64,000 bases of DNA, taken from positions 62,001-126,000 of the forward strand of contig DF237147.1 of the NCBI GenBank assembly GCA_000708835.1. The letters run 5' to 3'. Origin of the DNA: Klebsormidium nitens. Taxonomy: Eukaryota > Plantae > Klebsormidiophyceae. Positions 10,601-26,691 of this stretch are shown piece after piece (the stretch's first letter is position 1; each line of letters opens with the position of its first letter). Under the pieces are notes generated by a model. That model had not been told where the DNA came from and ran no database searches. It saw nothing but the letters and a program-made list of their open reading frames with translations. The position numbers and the translations under genes are program-made.

Positions 10601-13135
10601 TCGTTACGTCGAGAGAGGCCGCGGGCGTGCTCCTGTTGAATAGACGCCTGGGAGTGCAGGAGCTTCAAGTCGTTCAATTCGTGTGCAGGAGCTCTTAGCG
10701 GCGGGTATCGTCGGGCACTTCAAGGTGGATGACTACAAGTTCAGCTCGGCAGGGCGGGAGGATATCGATGTGAGGGGCAAGCGAGTATTCTCGGCGCTCT
10801 ACGATCTACGAGGCTTGCTTCTCTTCTACTAGGATTGCAACTTGCTCCATTCCCAAGGCGTGCTGCGGCTTCTTCTGGAGACCACAGCTTGTTGTTGGGG
10901 ACTCAGGATACTTCGTGTCTAAGCATCGGCACCAAATCAGTGATCTGCCAGAAACCTGAGACGCCTGGAACTGTCACGGGCTCGATTTACGCGTTATTTT
11001 TCCGACTTGCCCGCAAGATAGTCCACTCACTGCGAAGCCCTCACGAATTGTGACTTGTGTCGCTTGGCCAGGTGCGGATGTTGGGCCGGGGCCGGCCTTT
11101 CGTCCTCGAGCTGCAAAATGCGCGCGTACTACCTCCTCCGGCTGCTTACGCTCAAATGCAAGCAGCCGTCAACTCGAGACCTGACAAATGGGTAAGTCAG
11201 AGCAAGCCGTCGTCGTTACCTTAGCAAGCACTCTCATCGCCATGTCTCAAGACTGGCTGCTGAAATCAGCGCTCCCAGTGCCGGCGTATAGAGCGTGCAG
11301 GGTGTGAGCGGCTCTGGGTTCTTCTCAATCCAGTGATCATTAAGCCCAGTGAGCAGCAAGCAATTCGATTCCGTCAAAAGTCCTAACCAAAGGTTCAAGC
11401 GAACCGCCCCCGTATCCACCCTAACCCTGAACTAACCCCACACGTCCCACCTAACATTGACTGGGATCTCGGGTGGTGCAGGTAGCGGTACGCGACCTGG
11501 CGCTGGTGGACCGCTCGCAGGTGGACCTGCTGCGGGAGGGCGAGGCCGAGAAACAGGTGACCGCCGCGGGCCTCACAGGGCCAGCCTGTCGGGGCATCCG
11601 GCGCAGGGGCCTTCCGCAGCGGTTGTCGCTGGTCGCTAATGTCTTGTTTTGTGCAAGGGTTACGAAATACTCTGCCTTGATTCGAGGATGAGGGCGTAAA
11701 CATGAGCATCCGGGAGCCACTCTTTAAGTCGTGTTTTGCGGTCTTGGAACGAGGACTTTCTATCGCGCTGGGCTGGCCACAGGGCATCCTCTTTCCTTGG
11801 TCCCCGCAGCTGACCGCTCGTTCTCGCTCGTTGCAGAAAGAGTACGCGGCCATTGTGTGGCTGCCTCGCCCCGCGACCCAGGCCGACGTGGACAAGCTGA
11901 ACGGCATGCGCGACCTGGCAAGTCGCCGTCTGCTCCTGTAACGTGTTGCTGCGTCGTCCTACGGGGTTCTGCTCTCCCGACCTCTGGGCCCCTCTTTCCG
12001 TATGCTCGACCTTCTTACATGCTCTCGTAAGCACGCAAAGGCTGCACGTGCAATGCCCGGCTAATGAGGAGAAGCGCTATGGAGGCCGGTGCACTCGTCA
12101 AACGCAGCGTCCGTGTGCGGTGCAGGTGGTCCAGCAGCGCACGCCCATTCGGGTGCTGCACCGCCGCAGCCCGCTCATCCGGCCGCGCACCATCCACAGG
12201 TGCACTCCCGCCCTACCCTCCTGCCGCTATGTCACTGATTACCTTAGTACAAGTGTACTCACAAGTGTTGATCGCAATGAGCATCACCACGGTTAGACTC
12301 TCAAGAAGAAACCCTCAAGATGCATCAAACATTTCTGGGATCAAACTATGGAGCGGATTGCATAATGCAAGCAGATCTTACTTAGGCAACCCTGCTTTGC
12401 CAAGGGGCGGACACAAGCGTTCCGCTCGGCCTCGTTTCTATTGCCTGTTACGGTCGTCTCTCTGGTGGCCATCTCTGGCCCCGCCCACTGATTTCTGCGT
12501 TGGCTGTGCGGTGTGCAGCATGCGAGCCGAGCGGGTGGCCGCCAAGCCGCACTACCTGCTGCTCCACCTCTGCACGCAGGTCAGCCCCTCACCCCCTTCG
12601 CTCCCCGCAACCTCGTTTGGCATTTATCTCGGTCCGGCACGAACACCAAAGCCTGTTTTTGTACCCGTTTTCCAACTGTTTCTTGTTGTACACGTGAATC
12701 GTGCTGTCCGTTGCTCCGCTCGACGTGGCTCCGCACCTTGGCCCGTGCAGGCGGGGACGTACGTCAAGGAGTTTGTGCACGGGGACCTCGGCCGAACGCA
12801 CCCCAAGTGAGCACTCTCCCAGCAACGCAGCGCATCTAGGCCGTTCCAGATACTGGAAACGCTCTTTCGGACGAAAGCTGCTGTTGTGACTTGGCTTGCT
12901 GACGACGACCCGTCAAATCCAGGAGGCTCTTCACACTCTTTCAGGCCTCGAGACCTGGCCACCAAAGTCCGAGAACGAAGATCTGCTCAATTGGACTGAA
13001 GTCAGCGATCTCCTGAGACAGAATCGAGGGGCAGTCAGCTCTTTCCTGTTGCATTGCAGTGTTGGGTCCATCCTTGGATGCGAAGCCGACATTCTGCAAT
13101 TGGACGTGACCAACATCCGGATGGACTTTCCGTAG
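7670..13135 (+). CDS. PUS10: tRNA pseudouridine synthase Pus10 (multi-exon)
   Basis: ATG at 7670 (MDFGKAVRS...LLQEN|VCPGCVLRF). Second CxxC (CPMC) gives the N-terminal Zn site. Conserved motifs VFVGGRYLK|LVRGLSQSPWLVDEER, catalytic FSSAGREDID|VRMLGRGRPFVLEL, QAGTYVKEFVHGDLGRTHP and ADILQLDVTNI. Confidence 0.95.
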
Positions 13136-13832
13136 CGGAGCATCCGCTTCCCTGCTGCAACCCACGACAAGCCAGGCAAGGCGAGCACAAGCTCGCGGCA
13201 ACAGATGCGGAGTACATCAGCTGCTGTATCAAGCTGGGCTTGTAGATAGTACCTCTGCAGTACGTCCTCAAGAAAGCGGATTACTGTGGTTAAGATTGCT
13301 AATGGACAATCGAGCTTGTAACAAGCAGGGAGCAGCTCCCACAACCACCTGTATGCTACCAGGTGAAACGCGTCGTCTCCTTTGCCTAGTCGGCAATCTC
13401 AATGACAACCAATATCGACCAAAAACGTTGCCTGCCGTTGATGCCTGCGCCTTGATAATCCGCAGTGACAAGGTTGTCAATACGACGTCCCTCCGGAACT
13501 AATGAGCGGCATGCGCGCGTAACATTGACAAGCAGGCATGTTAGAGTCCGCCGCCTGCTTAGTCTGCTAAAGTCAAACTGAAACATCCGTTCTTTCAAGC
13601 CTGAGTTGTCGGAGGTAGGTTACTCAGTCACTCAGGGTACTGCCCGGCAATCCGCCCATGTGGTCATGCACGTTGCACTCGCCCTCGATTCTGAGCAACT
13701 TTTTTGCTGCTTGCATGATCAAGCATATGTCCCCTCGCTTGGTTGCATCTGAACTCGATCTTCTCTACACATACGGTAGAGGTTGAAATCTGGATCGATG
13801 CCTGGTTGCAGACAGGGCGACCATATATGGAT

Positions 13833-13897
13833 TGTACGTGTGCATATACGTCATGTCGGACTCATCACTCACACTTGACACGTACGTGCACATGTAC
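13833..13897. repeat. Two purine-pyrimidine alternating tracts (19 nt and 20 nt) in PUS10/SNAPC1 convergent spacer
   Basis: TGTACGTGTGCATATACGT at 13833-13851; ACACGTACGTGCACATGTAC at 13878-13897. Confidence 0.8.
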
Positions 13898-14277
13898 TAC
13901 GATATCGAAGTGATGTAAAATCTTTCGTTAATTGGCTCTTTCCGGATTGAAAATGATGATGCTGCCAAGCAAGGACTTTCATTTCAATGAAGGAACGATT
14001 GACTTGCATGAAATTGGAGCCTCTTGCGGTGGCCAATGCTTCCTATTTGAGTGTGAGTCGCTTGCTGCATATCCGCCGCAGGCCATGCCGCATCATGCAG
14101 ACGCTGATCAAAACTTTCATGCGGCGCTCGCACGAGGTAATTCTACCGGCTCAAGCCTCGCATTCCATGCGGAACTCGGGGCGGGGGGTGTTTCATGACG
14201 AGCCAACAATTCGTCGGCTGAGGAGATCAGTCATGTACATTATCCAACTGCCTGCGAACATAAGAAGACAACCGGTC

Positions 14278-17200
14278 TTATCGTAACGGAGAGTGAGCTC
14301 TGGGCAAGGGCCTTCGAAAGTCAACGTCCTCGTCACTGTTAAACTCCTCCTCACTGAACCCAGTCCTTCGCCGGTCCAGCACCCCGTTCCCATCTTCCTC
14401 TTCCATCCTCTCCCCTGTAAGTACCGCTCTACTTTCGTCCTCCCGACCGTTACTTGCGTGGTTGCCAAGAACACGGCCGTTCATCTGCTTTTCCGCAGGC
14501 TCTATTCGACCGTCAATGTCTTGGTGTTGCCGACCAGGTATTGATCTCCAAGCATCTTGCTCGGATGACCGTCTATTGGGTCCCGGGGCGTTGCTGGCCG
14601 TCGGATCCGGGTGCTCCTCCTCATCAACGGCCTCGAGAGCGTCCATCTCACGCCGTAGCTCGTCCTCGTCGAGATCCTCATCCTCGACCCTCGACGGCGA
14701 CTCAAGTCGCTCCACCTCCATCTGCCAGATGCAATTGCTGACATTAGAGGTATCGTGCAGAGGCAGCATCTTGAAAGTCCGCTTGCACAGTAGGACAAAA
14801 GCGAGTAAAGAGAAATCAACCTTCGTCTGGATGTAAACGACGAAGATGGAATCGAACCGGGCGAATCCTGAGAGCCACACAACGCGCGCGCTCTTGAGAA
14901 CAGGCGGAACTAGCATCAATCGCAAAGGCCCGGGCGCTACTTCTGTGGAAGTTCGCAATTTTCCGAGTTCCATCGTACGAGTAGCTTTGTAACCGGTCTT
15001 CTGGCGTTTCAAGGGGGCTCGCTACAGTTGCCTTGACATTTTTCTTCACAGCAAACCCCAGTCAACCGCTCGAACTCTGCCGCGGAGCACGAAGAGTCGG
15101 CAAACCAGAACGACGGAGGGTAAAGAGCAAAAAGATAACGCACCGGTTCCGTCATAGCGCTTGTGAGCCCAGGCATTCCGGGGATGCTCGGCATGCTCTG
15201 CATCGGCAGCGACAGGTCCGTAATGAATCCCGGCAATGGCGCGACAGCCTCCGTCTCGGGGCCGTCTCCACCGCTGACGTCAGCACGCGGGTCCGTGCGG
15301 CGGCCCACTTCGTCGAGCCTGGCGCTGACGTGATCCAGATTCGTGCTAACGTCAGCCGGGGTTTCTACCCTGGCGCTGTTGTCAGCGGCCGGCGTGGCGC
15401 TCCGCCGGGCTGTGGGGCGCGCGGGCGTAGCGAGGGTTGCGCGGACGGTGCGGTCGAGTGCGGCGCTGGTGCGAAGCAAGTCCTCGGCCATAGAGAGGTA
15501 AGGAGGATCTTCCGTTTCAGCCAGGGGACCATGTTTGGCTGCAATGGAGGGGGAAAAGCGTCGGTGAGTGCTTGGATTGAGATACAGCGACGGTTTGCTA
15601 GTGCGCAGCAAGTCTTCGGCGAGAGGGATGCAGGGGGGGTCGTCCGGCGTGTCCCGAACTCTTTCATTCCAACCGTACTACGATAAAGGCTCGAAGTCCG
15701 TCAAGCAGGCGGCATTGAAATTGCTCTTTTAACACTGCCAACCTGCCTAAGCCAAATTGACACGTGTCACAGGGGGACCTACGTCGCAATCGTCAACAAG
15801 AGCGACACCTTCAATCTGAGCAGAAGCCGCTAGGATTGCAGCAGAAGAAAACTGGACTGGTGGATAAACAGTGCACTTACCCGCGACCAGCCGTTTTCGA
15901 GCCTCGTTGTAGTTCCTGGCGTCCTGATCCACTTGACTCAGCGGCAGCGAGTCACCCTGCACGCAAATAACTATGTCTGCCCTTTTTACAACGGATCACC
16001 AAACTTGCTGTATGTTGGTGCCTGCTTGTCAGGTCACAAAAAGCTCGAAAGTAGGTAAGTATCTCGGAGAAACGCCGAAGAAAAATGGCTTAAGTAGAGA
16101 CGAAAGCCGCTGGATGAGAGGCCTCAAATACGACGAGCACATCACGAGCTGCTCAAAGCCTCTCATTATGGAGATAGGATGGGCCACAGCGGAAAAGCCT
16201 GAACCTTGGTGAGAAGAAGTGGAAACCTTACCGCAGCTCTCGTCACGACAACTAACGCCCTGAAATCCTATGGTTAAGCTACTTGTGATTCAAGAGGCCC
16301 ACTTTGCTAAAGGGTGTTTTGCGATGTACAAAAGCACGACGTAGGTTGCGTCGTGCGAGCTTTCAAAGTCCTATTGGACAGGCCCCGGTCTCAAAGACAT
16401 GAGGATTCACAAAGGGGAAGTTGCTGATTCAGAGCAGGAACGGGCCTGGAACTGTATACGCAAAGAAGCGGTGCCAAGTCAGGAAGTTTAATCAGGCACT
16501 AGAGCGCGTTGACCAATTTCCGCCTACAAAGTCCGCAGAGCTTGCAAGGTCGCAACTCGAGATTGCATGCAGGACGAATCATAAGCGCAAGGAGACAAGC
16601 ATGCGTTATTGTCAGAAGCGAAGCTCATTGCCCCGCGATTGTAAAGTTCTAACGACTCGGTTATAATTTCAAAGCACGATGCGCATATCGGCCTCACCAC
16701 TGAGCTCGCGAAATGATCCTCCAGCATTGCGTTTGGAAGCAGCCTGCAAGGAAGCGCGAACAGTCGAGGGGTCAGTTGTTTGCTTGCTACGGGAAGGCAT
16801 TCCGCCACATCAAGAACCGTTGTCGAGTAGAGAGAGATCCTTCTTCATAGATTGCACTTTCAGCAACAGATGCATCTCCGAACTTGATGAATCTAACACG
16901 TCCGCAAAAGAAAAGAAGCAGCACTTCGAGAACTGCACCGAATGCCGATCGAGAAACTACGCAGCTTCCACGGCTGCTCGCGATGACGAAAACAGACAAC
17001 AGAAGTTTGGTAGTTCCTCCCAACAACAAGACGCGAAATCAAGACGCGCAACTCATGCACGGTTGGAGTGAACACGTCCCTGATTAGTCAATTCTTTCTC
17101 GTCATGGTCACAGCTACACAACCGGCTCCAAGAAACTTTTCGAGCTCGAAGCGGCTTTCGCACTGACCTTTCTTTAAGCCTCTGTATCATGGCCGCGGGG

Positions 17201-18636
17201 TCTCGCAAAGCGTCCCCTGTCAGCCGGTTATGCACCGCTCCCAACAGCAGGGCGCCAGACTGCACCAAGTGGCTTGCGATCATAGCCGCATCCGCCAGGT
17301 TTTGCTGACAGGCCTCGGTCACCAGGACACGAAACGCCGTCAAGTCCTCTGCAGAGTGTATAAAACCAAGCAACGTTGACAACAAGTTCTTCACTTTTCA
17401 AAGCTCCTAGGAGTGGCTATGTTAAGATTAGATACGAACCAGGGCGTCTTTTGCGTTCATGGGTTCTCTAAGGTGCTGGTGTTCAAGGAAGGCCCGCATG
17501 AAACGCCTCTTTCTCATCAAGCTCATGAAGTTGACATGTCAACGAAGAGGAGGCCAGCACGCCAATGGGGTGCAAGGGCGCAGGCCTCCTTGAAAAGTTT
17601 TATAGAGATCAGGATTTATTAAGGGATTAAAAGAGAGGCTTCAGGTGGAATAGCAGGCTTGTAGCAAAGGTAGAACCGTTTTGGCATCATTGTAACAGGT
17701 CGAACTTGGGGTACACAGCCTCGAGAAAAGGTGGCATCATCAAGCGGAGGAATTATCACCTGGGGACATGTAGATCCTGACCCTCTGCTTATGGGAACCC
17801 GGCTGGGTCTCAAACAGCACGTATATCAGGTATAGAGCCCCCACTTTCAGGTACAAGCTGTTGCTAAACCTTCCGAGGACTTCTGCATGGTGATAAATGC
17901 AACCTTGAATCAGTTTGATTTTATTGCCAGCATATCACACTAATTGTGTGTCGACGCCGGGGAATCTTAAGGAACATCGCGGGCAAAAAGCTGCAGTATG
18001 CGCCTCCGCAAAACCTTGTAACGCTTTAGGGTGTGAGTTTCAGAGGGAACTATCTGACTGGCATGAGTGCATAGACATGGATGCAGAAATAGAATCCAAG
18101 TTGCAATGAGAAGAGCTCTTGCCTGAAGGTGTCTTAGAAAGTACAAGCTTATATTGCTAACAAAAAGACAGATGCTGAGGAGGTGAAACATACCAAGCGC
18201 TGTGGTGTACAGCGTCTGAAGAAACTCCCTGCGGTCCAGACCTTTTGGTCGGCCTTCATGGATGAAGCAAAATTCTCTCTCTCTCCAGAGAATTTTGAAA
18301 TCTGCAAAACTTGTTGAGCGGCCCTGCACAGCCATCTGGAAATCTCAACGCCAATCAGCAGCAGGAAACCGCGTGACCTGGATTCTGCTCTCCCGGGGCC
18401 TCATCAGAATCAAAAGACGCCTTGATACTCGCTATAACTAGATTCAATTAGCCGGGGCTTTCACAATAGACAATGATGCTATAGTCAACGGGTGCGCGAG
18501 TGAAAAGCTAAGTTCTCAAACAGAGCAAAGCCAGGTGAGCTAAGAAAAGCTCCCAAAGCTACAGGCGCAAGCTCACCTCTTCCCACACTTTCAAAAGGTC
18601 GTCCACATCCATTAAGAAGAGACGTTTCGTCTCCAT
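14278..18636 (-). CDS. SNAPC1: snRNA-activating protein complex subunit 1 (SNAPC1/SNAP43), about 484 aa, 8 exons: 18636-18577, 18323-18194, 17882-17760, 17348-17168, 16743-16698, 15956-15881, 15538-15144, 14721-14278
   Basis: gccaccATGG start. METKRLFLMDVDDLLKVWEE|GRSTSFADFKILWREREFCFIHEGRP...EFLQTLYTTAL|...LKVGALYLIYVLFETQP...RIYMSP|EDLTAFRVLV matches the SNAPc 43-kDa N-terminal domain. All splice phases are compatible (1455 nt). The C-terminal half is acidic and low-complexity; its junction to the N-terminal half is less certain. Confidence 0.8.
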
Positions 18637-20098
18637 GGTGGCACTTCAAGGCCTGTGCCAAAGTAGAAAGCTAAGGGACATCAAATTTCAAGGGGCAATG
18701 CTGCTGGCACCTATGCTGCGAAGAACTGGCATATTGAGCTACTTATCAATCTGAATAGAGAACGCTTCGGCACCCTGCTCAGACACCTAAGCTTCCCAGC
18801 TCAATCCTGTGTAGAATAAAATTTGAACTCATTCCAAAAGCGGTGCTTCCAAGGATTAGATCTAGACACCAGGGCTGACTGCTCAGATTTCAAATGGAGG
18901 GGGGACCAAAGCTGAGAGAATTTCTGTACCTTGTCAATGACGTTGCTTGTCCTGTCGGCCCAAGTTACATGCCGAAGGCCACCGTCACTCTGCATTCTGA
19001 AGTATGCTTTCAGTGGATTGCCAGCCAATGAGCATTTCTGTCAGCAAGGGCGCCTTGCTTCAGAATCAGGAGTATCTGTGGGCTCTCGTGATGACTGGCC
19101 TCCAGGTCTGAAAACTTCCGAGCCTTGACTATTCTTGCAGGAATAACACTTCTGTTGAGTTCCTTATTTTTCAGCAACGTTTGTCAACAGGGTGCCGTTC
19201 GCAATTATGAGATTAAATAAGGAAAAGAAAGCCTGTCCCCAGTTGCCCAGTGTTTTGAGACAAGAAATGCACAATCAATGGTGTGACGTATGAGCTGCTA
19301 TTACTACTTGACTTGTTGAAACTTGGGAGGTAAGAATGGTGGTAAGAAGTACCTGCGCTTTTGAGTAGGATTCAACTTGGACAAGCGGATTGTGAGCATC
19401 GCACAATCTTGCAGAGAAAGTCGAAGCTGCAGACAAAGGAATGAGCCTCTGTTTCCGCATGCTCCAAATGGACTGGCTGCTGCCACCAGCAACGCAGCAA
19501 TCGTGCTTCCTCGACCTCTCCCCTGCTTCACAGGTTGAACATGAGACATTGAGAGCAATCTGTCCATTTTAAAGTCTTAAATTTTGCCTGAAAAGGACAT
19601 TTGTCCCAAAAAGTGCTTTTCATCCTTAATTTGACATAACGGTACGAAGAGTCGTCAGGGCACGTCAAGGGACAGACATGCAGGGTTTGAGCTGGAGTCA
19701 AGTTGCTGCTGCGAGCTTGACAGCTCCAGAACCGGCACAACTATGATGCCGTTTGTAGGAACAGAAATGCAATTCATTTGGGCGCAGGTGCATTAATTTC
19801 ATTTTTCAATGAATTCGGCAGCAACACGACTGGCAGGTCTGTCATCACACAGCCAGTACTCAGCAAGCTGCAACCGGGCATGCAAGCTGCGTCATCCAAC
19901 CATTACAACAACGTACGCCCGCCACAACGCATCTACCCTTGCACGTAGGTATAACAATCCAGTGCGCATGCAACACAAGTTCATGCAATTTCGCCGTGTC
20001 GAACGCGCGAGCTATATAATCAATTTTCAGGGGCATGTGTATACACTGATCAACATGTGCTCTGGCACCACATCATGTGTGATCTGGAAATATGTGTG

Positions 20099-20115
20099 GT
20101 GTATACGCACGTATA
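20099..20115. repeat. 17-nt purine-pyrimidine alternating tract downstream of ADCS
   Basis: GTGTATACGCACGTATA; a further 14-nt tract lies at 20033-20046. Confidence 0.7.
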
Positions 20116-20602
20116 AAATCCACACACTGCATTTTCAAAGAGTAGATCCCGCAGTGGTCCGCTTTTGCAAGAAGCACAATATTCTTTGTCACGTGAGACG
20201 GGAGTTCGATCGTTTGCCGACCATCTTTTATCTAGGTTGGAATCCTTTTGTCGTATGGTCCAATTCCTCGGGTCGAAGTTCTGAACTCACACCTTAGATA
20301 TGAAGGCCTCGCAAGCTAGAAAACAATTTGACGTGTCAGCCTGTCAGTCCAGACTTGCTGCGTGATCGACAAAGCACGATATGTATCTTGTCATACCCGA
20401 CGAGGCAAACTTCGCGTGCTGGGATATATGCGGAGCACTGCGTGCGGTGAGGCCGCCTTGGGCATGCCACGTCCTCAAAACGAAGCGGGCGCAAGACTGA
20501 ACAGCTGCTCGCCACGGTCAACAGAGATTGCGGCTGACGTTGGTGCCAGAAGGGGTGGCCTTCTCATCACTAACTCCAAAATCACGAGCTCGGCACTCCT
20601 GA

Positions 20603-26086
<5,484 letters not shown>

Positions 26087-26232
26087 GCCTCACGGGATGC
26101 GAAGAGCGCCCCCCAAACATGCGTCCCCGGCCCTAAGGCTACGTACTGACTTTGAGTTCCAGCTTCAAGCTGTTCACTCAAAACAGCACTGACTCAGGGT
26201 GAAAGCACTTTGAACTTGAAGCCCGTCTCCAG

Positions 26233-26250
26233 CTCTGACTCTGACTCTGA
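26233..26250. repeat. Short hexamer microsatellite (CTCTGA)3 in ADCS/PWP2 divergent spacer
   Basis: ctctgactctgactctga read directly, with degenerate continuation. Confidence 0.6.
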
Positions 26251-26691
26251 GTCCGAGCCTGAATCAAGCTGCACAGCATCCTGATTCCTGTTGCATGGGC
26301 CTTTGCATGTGGGTAGCATACGTGGTCGGCCCCAAGCAAATTTAACTGCAAGGGCCAAAACAATCCGAAAAGCATCGACAAGCATGGTTGAGAACGGCAT
26401 CTTTCCCTGCCGGTTCTGAGTACCCTGTGCACAGAATACTCGAGAAATCAGAATCCATCCCAGGCCGCTTTTTTAGCCGTCTAGAGGAACGGCAATTCAA
26501 AATTCCATGCAATTTACAATCTCAATATCACATCGCCAATTGATAAGACTATTATATTGGGCAAAAGCACCCATCGCCTATCGCGCTGGTAACGGCCTGT
26601 GTTCCTCCCCCATTATCAAGCGCTCATAGTCAGCATTCCATGGCCGCCCCCTCCTTCCTCGGCTAGCTCTGCAGCTGCGCCGTTGCCCGCC

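Noticed and set aside
11419-11428. CCCTAACCCT telomere-like sequence in a PUS10 intron
   Set aside because: Fewer than two full repeats; compatible with chance.
16421-17071. Plus-strand ORFs initially suspected to be a decayed transposon
   Set aside because: They lie in introns and antisense exons of SNAPC1, with no RT, transposase or terminal-repeat signature.
18930-19107. In-frame TGA within RRPC*QKC (would read UxxC, reminiscent of selenoprotein motifs) with the frame open on both sides
   Set aside because: No hydrophobic beta-strand or thioredoxin-fold context, no SECIS identified, and no homology recognised. Most likely an ordinary stop or chance.
19809-20297. 162-aa plus-strand ORF downstream of ADCS
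   Set aside because: No family motifs and it overlaps the RY-rich 3'-spacer composition. Probably non-coding or antisense to the ADCS 3' UTR.
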